64,000 nt of DNA from Minutocellus sp. GHC0000111. Lineage: Eukaryota. The translations under genes and the position numbers were made by a program. Every line of letters begins with the position of its first letter. Position 1 is the stretch's first letter. The DNA lies in contig OZ361257.1 of NCBI GenBank assembly GCA_977018835.1, positions 3,162,001 to 3,226,000 on the forward strand. The letters are read 5' to 3'. Under the pieces are notes generated by a model. It worked only from the letters and a program-made list of their open reading frames with translations, had not been told where the DNA came from and made no database searches. Shown piece after piece: positions 12,566-24,573 of this stretch.

Positions 12566-14968
12566 TCAATTATCATCCTCCATTGCCATTGGCGATGCTA
12601 GTGAGGGTAGCCTAGGCTGAAAGTCACCATAAAGTTGGTCGCTGCATTGTTGTTGGCCTCCAGCAAGGGTAGATTGAAAGTCCTTTGCCCCCCTACCATA
12701 TGCACTGGCTTTGCGTTGTGGTGCTGTCTCGCCCGGTGTATGGAAGTGCTGGCCACTGCTTGCATTGTGCTCCGGGCTCGCGTAGACGCCCCCAACGCTG
12801 GCGGATCTCCCAAAACTGGAAGTATTAGGCTGCTTTTGCAGAGGTAGAGGACGCCCCGGCCAACCGACTGGTAGGGACAAAGGCGGCGAACCACCTCCCA
12901 TTCTACTATTTCGGGACGAGGGTGGCGCATTTTCTTCGCCCTTGCTTCCATGGACGGCGGCACTAAACTTGACCTTGGTTTTAACGTGTGGTGGTGTGAA
13001 GAAAGCCGTACCACCGGTAGTAGTAGCAACATCTGCTGAGCCACCAAATGGATCTCCACCACGAGCTTCGTCCACAACGCTATTGCTCCTATCAAAGGTA
13101 GATACATTAGCAGGTCGAGGTCGCCGAGATGGTATTGTCTCTCCTGCGGCTGTTGGAACACTGCATGGATCATCTTCCCTGAGAGAATCAAATCCATCAG
13201 CTGAGAGGTGCGGTGGTAGGGAGACTTCGACTCCACCATCTTCTCCATCGAGTGCTACAAGTCCAATCATAGCTTCCATCTGCATGCTACTACCGATGCG
13301 TTCTAGCCGCTTGTCTCCCTTCTCAGAATACTTCGTTGATATTTCAGCGGAATCAGAGAGAAGAGGCTGTTTCAACGTGACTAAATGTTGGGATGCCGGC
13401 TTGTTCTGCGATGGCTTGGATGGCTTTTCTGGCTTTGCCAATTCGGCCTGGCCGTATATGGGCGGCGGCGGTGGAGCAGGACCCGGCACAGTGCGCCCAA
13501 CAGCTCTAGTCGGGGCCTTTGGTGCAGCCGGCTTGAACGTACTGGCAGCTTCCGAGGCCATTTTGGGTCGGAGTCCATGGCCCTGAAAGTGAGTGCTGAG
13601 TCTCGGTTCCGAGCTACGAGGTCGACACGGCATGACAAAATCTTCCCCGAGATCATGTTCGACGCCCGGGCCACCATCTGAACTTCTTCGATACATGCTG
13701 TCAAAGAGCGAGTCGGATGATCTGGTGGAGGGAATACCGATGCTTCCTCGAGTTATGGGGTATACACCATCTGCGGGTAGACCATCATCGGACCGTCTCC
13801 GAAGATTGATGGCGGGATATTGTTTGAAGACAGGGGGCAAATCCTGAGGCCGATCTTCTTTAGAGGCCAATGCGTCATCCATTCCTCTCTCGGGAAAGCT
13901 TTCGTTGTTATCAACGCCGCCGCAGTCGATGACAACGGTGCTTTCGTCATCGTCGTCGTCTTCTTCCTCCTTAGCATTATCTTCCATGCAGACATCCGCA
14001 CCACCGCCAATGGCATATTCAACTTCAGATTCGTGTACCAGCACCCCTTCATCTTTCGCTCGAGGCCAAACCTGCATCTGCCCTTCGTTCATAGCGGCAG
14101 CATCTTGGTGACGAGCATCATCGATGCTCTCAGTTGGTAAGGGCATGTTGAGAATGAACCTTTGGCTGAGAGGGCTTGGAAGGTTGATTCCAGTAATTGA
14201 AATAGAGCGATGACGAAAGTGCCCCGCAGAATCTACCTCACTGCTACGGCCTGTGTCAGTGCCAACGCTACTACCATCACCACCACCACCACCACTACTC
14301 GCAGACATTGGGATGGGCGAGCCAAAGTATCTTGCTGCTGTCTGAGCAGCTGCCTCGGCAACTGCTGATGGATGCTGTACAAGACGATGCTGCCCATGCT
14401 CCTCCATTTCAATCTGCCAAGCCTGATCTTCTAACCATTGCCGTCGCCGAGTCCGAAGAAGGCTCATGTCAGAACGGCGCTGTTCCATGGATGTGGAAGA
14501 TGGCTGGAGTTTGAGCGTGGCGGCGGCGGTGCTGGTACTCGTAGGTCGTGGGACTGCCACTGACGGTTCTGCCAATGATTGCCGAGCGCTTTCATCGGAA
14601 CCCGAATCGGCCATGTGCCTCTCCCTCGACTCGTGATCTAGCTGATTATTCGTGTCAATGCCAGCGGCAGCAGTAGCGGCGCCCATGGCCTCCGAATCCT
14701 CTCCAACGGCCTGCAGAGGGACGCCGCAAGCGCTGTCGACTATTTGAATACTGCCGCTTGACGAGAACGACGGGTTCGACAAGGAGTGAAGGCTGCCAAG
14801 AGAGGGTAACATGGCCAGCCGTCCCGGTTGTTCGCCTGTGCGCCTTCTCAACGCAGCAGCAGCGGCTGCGGAGGCACTGTTAGCAGGGCCAGCAGCATCG
14901 GCCTCGCCAGCCCCATCCTCGCAGAGCATGGGCATCGGCGACGTGCCATTTTCCAAGCGAATGCTCAT
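12566..14968 (-). CDS. Low-complexity protein of unknown function (~800 aa)
   Basis: Uninterrupted 814-codon ORF rich in S/P/A/D, first ATG at 14968. No domain recognised. Confidence 0.6.
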   Translation of the reverse strand: MSIRLENGTSPMPMLCEDGAGEADAAGPANSASAAAAAALRRRTGEQPGRLAMLPSLGSLHSLSNPSFSSSGSIQIVDSACGVPLQAVGEDSEAMGAATAAAGIDTNNQLDHESRERHMADSGSDESARQSLAEPSVAVPRPTSTSTAAATLKLQPSSTSMEQRRSDMSLLRTRRRQWLEDQAWQIEMEEHGQHRLVQHPSAVAEAAAQTAARYFGSPIPMSASSGGGGGDGSSVGTDTGRSSEVDSAGHFRHRSISITGINLPSPLSQRFILNMPLPTESIDDARHQDAAAMNEGQMQVWPRAKDEGVLVHESEVEYAIGGGADVCMEDNAKEEEDDDDDESTVVIDCGGVDNNESFPERGMDDALASKEDRPQDLPPVFKQYPAINLRRRSDDGLPADGVYPITRGSIGIPSTRSSDSLFDSMYRRSSDGGPGVEHDLGEDFVMPCRPRSSEPRLSTHFQGHGLRPKMASEAASTFKPAAPKAPTRAVGRTVPGPAPPPPPIYGQAELAKPEKPSKPSQNKPASQHLVTLKQPLLSDSAEISTKYSEKGDKRLERIGSSMQMEAMIGLVALDGEDGGVEVSLPPHLSADGFDSLREDDPCSVPTAAGETIPSRRPRPANVSTFDRSNSVVDEARGGDPFGGSADVATTTGGTAFFTPPHVKTKVKFSAAVHGSKGEENAPPSSRNSRMGGGSPPLSLPVGWPGRPLPLQKQPNTSSFGRSASVGGVYASPEHNASSGQHFHTPGETAPQRKASAYGRGAKDFQSTLAGGQQQCSDQLYGDFQPRLPSLASPMAMEDDN

Positions 14969-15787
14969 TTTCTCCCTTCTTGGCGCTCCGCCGCTGCGCC
15001 GGGGAATCACCTAGCTAGCTAGAGGTGTCTGAGAGAATTAACGCGACTGGGCGCACCTTCGCTCCGAGGAATGCCAAAGACTGCTTACGAAATTTGAATT
15101 TTTTTACTGCCCTCTCAATTATTGCCTTTATGTGTGTGTCGGGTCCCACCTCGGCGGCAGCGTTCGTGTGAACAGAAGAAGGTACGGAATGATGTGGAAA
15201 CAAGTGCTGGGCAAGAAAGCGGTCCCTATCAACCTTGCGCCAAGCTACGTAGATGAAAGATATCTCTCTTCGCTATCCCTACAAAATAATATAAATAGAA
15301 ACGCACGGGGCGGGCGTTTCGTGCACGATACAAGAGCGGCGAGGGGCGGAAAGCGCCAGAAACGTGTACACGTAGCGGATGCGAATGCTCTCGAAGTGCT
15401 GCTGCGTGTAGCGTAGTCGTTCGCAGATGTGGAATGAGAGGGTCGCAAGGGTGGCGGGCGGCAACACAGGCGTTCGGAATTCGACCTGGCCCTTCACCTC
15501 TCGCCTGAGCGGCTTTCGTTCAGAAATACCGGCTCGAAAATAAGGCGTGAACGAGAAGAATTGATATTTTTTGCTTCCCCCCTCGCGTCATCGGAATGCA
15601 AACCAACAATGTTGAAGAGTGCAAAAGCCTGCGCGGCGCCTCCTGCCCTGCTGGCTCGCTAGATCTACTTGGTGGATCACAGGACATGTGATACAGAACT
15701 CTACGTAGCTAGCTACGTAGTAGCTATGTAGATATATATATACGAGGCTAGTACGTGTAGAGAGGTTGAGAGATCTACCGGTACTTC

Positions 15788-17233
15788 TCACAGCCTCAAG
15801 GAAAGCAAGGTGATGTCATCACGATACCGCGCTGGATCCTTGGGAGTTGCAATGCCAATCAATTTGGAACATTGTACGACTGGGTGGTCTCTATTACCAT
15901 CCAGTAGGCCAGTCACGTCTGTTTCCTTCCCAAAATAACTCTTGGACAAATGATTGGCAACAAACTGAGGCTGTCTTGCATCGAACAAACCATCACTCCC
16001 CACAACGACAAATGCTTCCGTCATTTTATCGCCGCCGCCGGCATTGTCGCCACGAAGAACATCATCTAAGTCGAACATATCCACTGTTGGTTCGGCTATC
16101 ACCCCAACCTTTCCATGGTCCCAGTCGCCGATGGACCTGCTCATTGCCAGTCCCACAAGTTCCTTCCTCACGGAATTGTAAGCAATCACTCTCGCTTGAA
16201 TAGGATGGTCGAGTGGAGCTCGAACCTTACCGCAACTGGCCTCTATCCTTGCCCGTTCGTCGAGTAAGTGTGGCTTATCTTTCCTATTCCGATGAACTAC
16301 CTTGGTTTCACCTGTGTGTCTGTTATATGACGCCAAAAAGGTTGTTGAATCACCAACGTTGGCAAAATAAATCTTTTGGCCGAGACGAAGAATCACCGAC
16401 GCCGTGCTACCGCCATTCATGGCATGCGCTTCGGGAATATTTGCATCAGATTCAATGAATGACTCCTTGAGTGATTGTAGTACCGCCGATCCACTTTCTA
16501 TATCCTCCGCTGACAATTGAGAAAGCTTGCCAGATAACCTTTCCGCCATATCCTTTTGCAAATAACGCGAAATGTGATGCCCCTCATCTCCATGGCCGTC
16601 AAAAATTCCAATTAAAAAATCTGTTGTGGAGGAGGAAAGAGACTCGTCGTCTATGGTATTAATAACACCACGCTGATGATGACGCGCATCACTCTTCCAG
16701 TAGTACGGCGCAATCAATATGCCCCTATCCTGATTGAAGTTATGTTGGGCTGTCGTCCCACGTTGGGTACACGCTGCCATCCTAGTGCTGCCAAATGGCA
16801 GTGATAGTTTGCCTGCATGAGGGAATACATGCGTCACTTCCTCAATCTGAGATTGGACTGTTTCATCGGCCACGTCGCCGGGATACACGGGACAACCATA
16901 TGCCTTGCATTCTGCCTCTCCGACAAATTTATTATTTCGTGATCGAATGCTGGAAGATAAAGTACCGGTACTGGTGGTCCCCACAATTATTTCTGACGAA
17001 TGCGAATGTCCTGAGCTAGGCAAGTGAGGGTCACCAACAGCCAACAGAGAAGACGAAGCTGATGCCTTATTGTGCAGATAAAGGGCTATCAGTACAAAGG
17101 CCGGGACAACCAATGCGCAAACCAATAACTGGCATCTCTTGTTGCAGAGAGGAACAGGGCGACGCCAGGCGCGGCGTCTGCGCAAGGGCCTGGATCGGGG
17201 GGCGTTTCCACCATGTGAGCCGCCGCTGATCAT
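15788..17233 (-). CDS. Protein phosphatase 2C (PPM family) with N-terminal transmembrane anchor
   Basis: NQDR, GIFDGHG, GSTA, ANVGDS, LAMSRSIGD, GSDGLFD and RDDIT motifs. A hydrophobic LLVCALVVPAFVLIALYL segment follows a basic stretch. Confidence 0.9.
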   Translation of the reverse strand: MISGGSHGGNAPRSRPLRRRRAWRRPVPLCNKRCQLLVCALVVPAFVLIALYLHNKASASSSLLAVGDPHLPSSGHSHSSEIIVGTTSTGTLSSSIRSRNNKFVGEAECKAYGCPVYPGDVADETVQSQIEEVTHVFPHAGKLSLPFGSTRMAACTQRGTTAQHNFNQDRGILIAPYYWKSDARHHQRGVINTIDDESLSSSTTDFLIGIFDGHGDEGHHISRYLQKDMAERLSGKLSQLSAEDIESGSAVLQSLKESFIESDANIPEAHAMNGGSTASVILRLGQKIYFANVGDSTTFLASYNRHTGETKVVHRNRKDKPHLLDERARIEASCGKVRAPLDHPIQARVIAYNSVRKELVGLAMSRSIGDWDHGKVGVIAEPTVDMFDLDDVLRGDNAGGGDKMTEAFVVVGSDGLFDARQPQFVANHLSKSYFGKETDVTGLLDGNRDHPVVQCSKLIGIATPKDPARYRDDITLLSLRL

Positions 17234-18083
17234 GTCATGCTACTTTCATCCCTTGCGGCGGACTGATGAACTGGCCGGGCCTTTGGCATGGCTCATCTGC
17301 ATAACATTGGTATGGTGGTAGGGCTCCCTGCCTTGTATTGTGCTGAGCGAGCCAATAATAACTCAAGCACCTACGTAGCACGCGTTCAATGCGTGTTTAG
17401 TGCTGATGCGGTGATGTTCTAGTGGCTAACGCAAGCTCAGGGAGGGGGCACCCATTTGCGCGCATAGAGACAGTTTGCTAGATTTCCTTTGTTCCGGCAC
17501 GTAGTCAGATTCGTGTGGATAGTTGCGCTACAGCAGATGGCCCGGGTGCCCCGATGAGTTGAATGCGAGCAGAAGCATGTTGTTACATTGAAGTCTAAGT
17601 GACGGGTGTGTTTTTAACTCATGTGCAGCAGAAGATCTCTACACATGTGAGTGTGGTGGTTTTAGAAGGTAGTTTCAATGCTGTGGCTGGCGGCACTTCG
17701 TGCTAGTTTTCTTTGGGAAATGCTACGGCACTTCGTGCTAGCAGAAAGTGACAGCAGAGCTTTTTCGATTCGAGAGCAGGATGGCAAACATTCAGCACGA
17801 TGTGTGCACCAAATGCCACGAGTGCAGTCTCAACATGAGCGTTCGTCTGAGCGATTCCGTCTCTGCTGCGCACGTTGCAGGAGAAAAGCGACGTCGGAAT
17901 CAAACTCTCTGAAAGCAAGTAACAAAATGTTGCCTGTCTGGTGGCATGACGACGATGGGACGCCACAATGTCACGTGCCTCCTGAACTGCTGTCTGAGCT
18001 CACAGCAGCAGAAGTCCTTCTCACACAGCGAGAGTCTCACCTCTAGTTAGTTGGTAAAATTGTCATGGGGAAGAACCATTGCT

Positions 18084-21000
18084 GAGTTGGTCCCATTTTA
18101 GGTGAGGCACTTCAGGACATTGGAGATTTTGCTAACTTCGCTCGCGTTGTCGGACGACGGAAAGACTGACGTCCGTCCATTTTTTCTCCCGAACGAAGCT
18201 CATCATTTCTCTCAACTACCACATGTGCCGAGAAGCCCAGGCCTCTGGCATCATCAACTTTGCTCACATTGATGGCAAGGACAATCCCGCTGATGTCCTT
18301 TTTTACCAAGAGTCGTTCATCCATCCAAGGAGTGGTTCGCTCTTCTCAAGCCTTTGATTTTCTGGCGAGTTGGTCCGGCTTTAGGTGACCCCACATGTAG
18401 CCAGGCTGGTGCTGAAGTGACCCCTCACACGCCGGCCGGCCAAGCCAATTTTTATCGCATAGTGCAAGAAAAATGACAATCCTTAAAAAATCATGCTTTC
18501 TCAAAAACACCCAAATAGTTGATACAAGGGGGTGCTCAGTACTTCCTTCGTCCACTTGTGCTGCTTCAGAGACCTGCTGGAAACGCCATTTCTCAACGCA
18601 TCACTTTTTGACCATGGCGTATTAGTAAAATCCCACGCCGCCGCAGGCAATCGTCCGAGGTGGGGGATACTGGTGCACCCCCGCACGCCTATGGAGTGTG
18701 TCTCCGGCGCCGATTTCTGGCCTCAAAAGTTGCGGCCGATGCCTGTGAAAAAAAATATATGCGATCAACGCCGACGACGGCGACCTCCACGAAAGTAGCC
18801 GACGGCTACCTTCACGTACTTGTACCCAGAGGATGCCATGAAGGAGGTGGACGAAGAAAGATCCATGGCTAATTCTGCACGCCATGATACAGCAGAGAGG
18901 AACGATCTGGGTCTCCGGTGACAAGGGGACCTGAAATGGACTCATTTCCACCTGGATGCATCAAAAGCGCACATTTGGAGGAAGTTTCTCGGTGGTTCCA
19001 ATATTGGTTTTGGGGTGCCAGCAACAGATGTAGGGCCGGTATGGACGGAACCAGGGTCTCAATAGCCGAGGTATGTAGTAATGAATTGATTTCTAACCAT
19101 TGACTGTTCGCTGATCGAGCATGTGTTGTTTAGATCTCACGTGTTCACATGTAAAACCAAAAGTTCTCGATTCTCATCAACTTCTTCTTTTCTTTCAACT
19201 TTTCATGCTAGGAGCACATTTGGGCGTTCCCACGGAAGCTCGGGCTGATGGCAACCTGGTGCATATATGAGATGAAGGGCTTGGGCTTTCAAAGCAGCAT
19301 AGGATGAGATACTCATCGAAAACATTGAATCCTAGGCTTGCGCCCTCGAAGATTTGTGTCAAAAAGCATCCATTTTTGAGACGATGCGGCCTTGTAGTAA
19401 CCCACAAAACAAGTCCAAGGTCCTCTCGTAGGGGTATCAATCGATTATTCATACCAAGCGACTCCGTTTGACTGATCCCCACAACACAGCTCCTATTTTT
19501 TGTAATTTGCTAACAATGTTGGTGCTTTGGGTGCGGCCTTGAACATTTCGGTGCAGTGCCCGGTCAGTTTATAGTAACGTATAAAACTGGCCTAGCAATC
19601 AATTCTACTGCAGCTACAACCAGTTGGAGGCCACTAGATATACACTAGAATAAAACTATAAATGGGAGATGCTAAGCTAGGGATGAATTGTTACGCTACT
19701 TAGCTCCAAACTTTGTGGAGGTCGACGAGAATGATAAAAGTTACCCTCCAAAAATGAAAACATGGCGTAGTTTGGCCGAACTATTGTCCCAATTGCCAGA
19801 AAAATGCTATTGAACCTCGGCGTACATGTACGACGTCCGTACGGAGACCTTTCAACCGCCAAAATGGGCTATCTTCATGTACCTGTGGCGAATGTGATGT
19901 TGCGGTGGAGAAGTTGTGGAGAATCTGGAAGTTCTGGTTTTACTTGTCATCATGTGAGAATGCAATGGGTTGCCAATACCAACAGGACAATCCACACATA
20001 CAATTCCATTCTTTAGTACATACCTTGGCAGGATTGAATCAGAATCAGTACCCCAGGGTTCAGTTTCAACAACTATTGTACCTCATCTGATTTTGCCGCA
20101 TGTTCCAACACCGAAAAATTTACCATAATTCCACAAAGCCCCAACAAAATGATCCACTTACTGATGCCGAACCCGCAGAAGGAGCACATCGATCGCTCTA
20201 GTAGATATATGGGAGCGAAATATCCATGGGCGCGAATCACATCACGTCGGCTTGGTGTCCGCCACCAGCCAATTCGACCTCGAGGGCCGTTTTTGCGACG
20301 AAGTCAAATTCTTGATTTTTGAGACGGCATCGGCGTTTCGCGACTGTTGCACATGCGAACTCGAAACCACTGCCTCACCGCCGCTCGGAACTACCATCGG
20401 AGCGATCATTCAAGTCGTCAAAGGTGGGAAATCTCTCATCAACTCGATGTCACCGTTACTATTCTCCACGATTGTAGCTGTCGTGGAGGTCGAGGTCGAC
20501 CGACAACGTGCGCCGGTAGTCGATTTTCACAAGTTTTATGAGCTGGACGCTCGGAACTAAGGCTCTCTAGCTAAGATGCACACACAGAGAAGAGATACTG
20601 AGGTGGGCGTGGTGGTTGCGTATCATCTTGGTGGTCATTTGAGCACATCATGTGTCGGGGTGGAGAAAAAATGGGAAGGAAATGGCACAGTCTGAGGTTA
20701 AAGTACACGCGCCAAGCTGAAATTGGAATCAGTACTGTTCTACGGAGGTTTCCCGTAGGCGCGAAAATGCTGATTTTCCCCTCAATTTCTGGAATCATCA
20801 CGTGTGCGAAACACCGCGAGAAAGCCCTAATCAAGAAGTATGTGGGGGCATCATCAAAGCTATGATTAGTTCTGTTACCTGTAATTCTGGCACCTTTGTT
20901 CTGTTTCAGGGGAAGCGCCCCGTAGGCTGGAGTTTTTTGTACTGAAAAAAATCTGTTCATTTTTTCATAGTCCGCGCCGGCCGGCCAAAAGTACTTACCA

Positions 21001-21732
21001 GTAACCCTGGCTACATGTCGCCACTTGACCCCGAAAAGTAACAATTCGTCTTTCCGTCGCCCGCGCTTCAACGCGGCGAAGCATGGGAAAAGTCGCAAAT
21101 TACCGCCGGACCAACTTCTCCCCAGAATTATGGAGAAAAGACTGCTGCGAGCAAGCCATCTGCGCGCGGGTCACACATCTACACTTGATGGAGATTTCTG
21201 ACCAAGAAGGTCCGGCTCAAAAATTCGCAGTGCAAAGAGGGGAGAAAATCACGCACAAAAAACGACGACGACGCACGAAATTTTGCTCTCATTGGCGGCC
21301 GATGCGGGGGCGGATACGAACAAAAACCACAACAATCAACCATACAAACATTTTCATACATATCTTGGTCGTGAATCTCTGCATTTCTGGGTGGATTGGG
21401 CGACTGTGGCTCTCACGGTATCACTTCTCATCCGCGGCCCTTTTTCGCGTACTCCAACACAGGTTGATTGTTTTGATTTATATTTTCTCATACAATAACA
21501 GTGCAATGAAGCTGAAACTTTCGCATACGTAGCGCAATGGTATCGGCCAGCCTCGGGAATGCCCATATCTTACCTTGCAAATGTGTAGCGGCCAGGAGCG
21601 GGGGTCACCATGATGAGCTTCGTTCGGGAGAAAAAATGGATGAACGACGGTCTTTCCGTCGTCCGAATATGCGAGCAAAGTTAGCGGAAATGCGAATGTT
21701 ACCAAGTGGCTCACCTAAAATGGGACCAACTC
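18084..21732. repeat. Pair of ~123-bp imperfect inverted repeats (18084-18206 and 21610-21732) in a gene-free repeat island
   Basis: gagttggtcccattttaggtgag...ttctcccgaacgaagctcatcat matches the reverse complement of atgatgagcttcgttcgggagaa...ctcacctaaaatgggaccaactc. Confidence 0.8.
18200..18370 (+). mobile_element. Degenerate Ty1/Copia LTR-retrotransposon fragment (RNase H C-terminus of pol)
   Basis: Translates with two frameshifts as ISLNYHMCREAQASGIINFAHIDGKDNPADVL-TKSRSS-KEWFALLKPLIFWR, matching the Copia YHxxRE...NPADxLTK motif. Confidence 0.8.
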
Positions 21733-22057
21733 TGGCGTTCGGATTCTAAGAACGCTGATGGCACCCATGATGGCAGCCACATTGTCGAGGGGAGTGACAT
21801 TCGGTCGCCTGCTGCGGCCCCATCCTCGGGTGTTGGGCACAAGCGTTTGCGCTTCTACCAGATGTTTCCTCGCCGGACTTAGTTCCGGGTCCCCCCATGC
21901 TTTCTCGTTCGTTGCAATTGTTGTTGCCACACCACGCCTTCTTTGTTCGAGAACAACTGTTCTTTATGTTCTATCTTTCTTTCTTCTTTGATCCTGTCCT
22001 TTGATAGCTTTAATTACTAACATGCTGTTGAGTGTAGTCGTGCGGAGAGCCATCTAC

Positions 22058-22257
22058 NNNNNNNNNNNNNNNNNNNNNNNNNNNNNNNNNNNNNNNNNNN
22101 NNNNNNNNNNNNNNNNNNNNNNNNNNNNNNNNNNNNNNNNNNNNNNNNNNNNNNNNNNNNNNNNNNNNNNNNNNNNNNNNNNNNNNNNNNNNNNNNNNNN
22201 NNNNNNNNNNNNNNNNNNNNNNNNNNNNNNNNNNNNNNNNNNNNNNNNNNNNNNNNN
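22058..22257. other. Assembly gap (200 N)
   Basis: Run of N. The identical 15-mer cggagagccatctac lies on both flanks. Confidence 0.99.
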
Positions 22258-22346
22258 CGGAGAGCCATCTACCGCTGGTGCCGTGTGTGTCGGTTGTCAC
22301 TGTTAGCAGCCAATGGGGGCGCGCATTGCTGCACCAGACCACAGGT

Positions 22347-22762
22347 GCAAGGAATCTCTGTTGATTGGCTAATTGCGGCCATCTAGTTCCACAAAGAGTG
22401 AAAGATCATCGGTAACACAAAAAGGGATTGCTCTCTGAAAGAGAACACTGATGTAAACGCAAGGTGCTGTTCACCCAAAACATGATGGTGAAGGTGGAGC
22501 TTCCCCGACCATTGCTTAGGAGTTCCCCCGAAGCTAGAACAGGTGGTGCCGGCAAAGGCGACCGGCTGTCAGTGCTGGTCTCGAGAGCTCCCCTAAACAA
22601 TCGGAGAAGCTCCATCTTCACCACATTTTGGGTGAACAGTGTTTACGTTGATGTTTGTGCTTGATCAGTGTTCTCTTTCAGAGAGCAATCCCTTTGTGTT
22701 GCCGACCTCTTTGTGGAACTTGACTGTCAGTCACAACTAGCCAATCAACAGAGATTCCTTGC
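22347..22762. repeat. Long imperfect palindrome (foldback/MITE-like)
   Basis: 22347-22371 pairs perfectly with 22738-22762, and 22421-22452 pairs perfectly with 22664-22695. Further paired blocks continue inward. Confidence 0.9.
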
Positions 22763-23438
22763 GTCTGCCTGCTCTAGCAGCATTGCTAGCCAGCCATCGG
22801 CTGTCACCACCACCTTCTGATGACGCGAGACAGCTGGGGCGTTGCATGCAAGGTCTCTGCAATTTCGGCTTGCTCAACGGGGGGGGCTTGTCAGAGAGCT
22901 GATGTGTAGTTGTAGACGACAAATGTGTCTGGAACCATGGACGTGTAGACCCATGAGTGCCTAAAAGCCACCTTGCAAACTTATGTAGTTAGATGCATGT
23001 AGGCTTGGCTGGGCGGATCCTCTCCCGTAGCTGCTACACAGGACGAACATGACGAACGAACAAAAGGCAGCCAGCTTCCTTAAGATCTCCACCTCTCTGA
23101 GCAGCCTCTACTACATGTACACGTGCTGTGACTAGACTAGCTAGATCTTCCGCCTCTCCAGATCTGGAACTTGCTAGCTACGTAGCTACATGTACAAAGG
23201 TGACAAGAAGACACCAGCATCGCACGGCACACGCAACGGCACCATGACATGTACCTAGCTAGGTGAATCCTATTGTACGAACATCTAGATCTACGTGTAA
23301 AACCTAAAACACATACCCACGCCCAATCCAACTCAACCCTCCTTATGCATCAACACAAATATCTCACCTAACCGGTGCAGTGCATCACCGGCAGCACCAG
23401 TCGTTCCAAAATAATATTCCTTGTACGTACTTTTCCCT

Positions 23439-24573
23439 TCACAATCGTCCCAGCCCATTGTTCTTTTTCTTCTTCACCGCCTTCTTCTTGCCATCGGCAC
23501 CGATTTTCTTCATGCTATTGCCACTACTGCTAAGACCACCAGTATTGCTCCGACTCAACACATTGATGCCACTCGTCGATGAGAGGGATCTCATGGTATT
23601 ATTGCTTTGAGAGGAACCGGCACTGCTACCCCCGACACCGCTGTTGCTGCTGCTACTATTGGTAGCGCCGGTCGAAACACCCCGCTTCAGAGAACGCTTC
23701 ACAGGAGAATCGGCATCATCAAGTGCTCCGGCCTTTTTAGCGTCATCACCGCCCACCGCACTCTGGGAAGCGCTTGGCTTGGCATCAGCCATATTGCCGA
23801 CCATAGCATCCTCTGACTCTTCATCTTCGTCGGCAGCCGATTCATAATCGAAGGGTGTCGGCCGTCCGTGGACGTCGGCCATGAGCCTAGCCCTCCGATG
23901 ATACTCGTCATAAGATTCCATGAACAATTTGCCCGCTTCATCATTCAAGCTGGACTCGGGAAAGGGCACGATGAGGAGGCATCGGATCACAGAAAGAACG
24001 TGCGAAAATGTAGTAGTGGCCGTCCAGTCCTTTTTGAGCGTATTGACGCAAATAGCGCCCGAGCTAGCCTCGACGTTGGGATGGTATATTTTGGTGAGGA
24101 AGAAACCCCGGGGAGGGGAGGCGGGGAAATCGGCCGATAGGACCAGTTTGAGCTGAAAATGCTTGCCCTCGAAGGGAGTGCCAGTGGGTCCCTCGATCTC
24201 GGCCTAAATAAATCAAAGATCGGGATGAGAGGGAGAGAGGCGGGCAGGGGTGCGGGACGCAACGAAAGGATCGTGAGTGGTGCGCAAGGCAAAGGAACGT
24301 CCAAATAGATTCTCGGACAAGTGAATCGAAATCATGGTTCAGCCAGCCGCAAGCAATTCATGCTCTCAAATCAGTCAATTCCACTCGACTCGACTCGACT
24401 CTATGACTCGTACTCACCATGAGAGAGTCCAAAGAGGTGGGCATGCCTGTCTCAGGGTCAGTCACCAGCTTGATTCCATCCGGCGGGTTCGATAGCAAGC
24501 TTTTCACTTCTCTTGCCACTCTGGCCAGCGTGCGGGGGGGCAGATTCTCGGACGATCGGGCTGCAGAGGACAT
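23439..24573 (-). CDS. UBE2S: Ubiquitin-conjugating enzyme E2 S; intron 24204-24417
   Basis: SENLPP...REV N-terminus, [10 protein letters not shown]...[10 protein letters not shown] active site, [15 protein letters not shown], and a Lys-rich tail ending KKKK...RL. Confidence 0.9.

Noticed and set aside
15430..15500. GC-rich segment with a TTCGA-like motif, possible tRNA
   Set aside because: Could not fold a cloverleaf with D and anticodon arms.
17678..18046. 122-aa ORF, possibly a decayed Copia RT segment
   Set aside because: Only a faint resemblance (VHQ...HE); too degenerate to call as a gene or domain.
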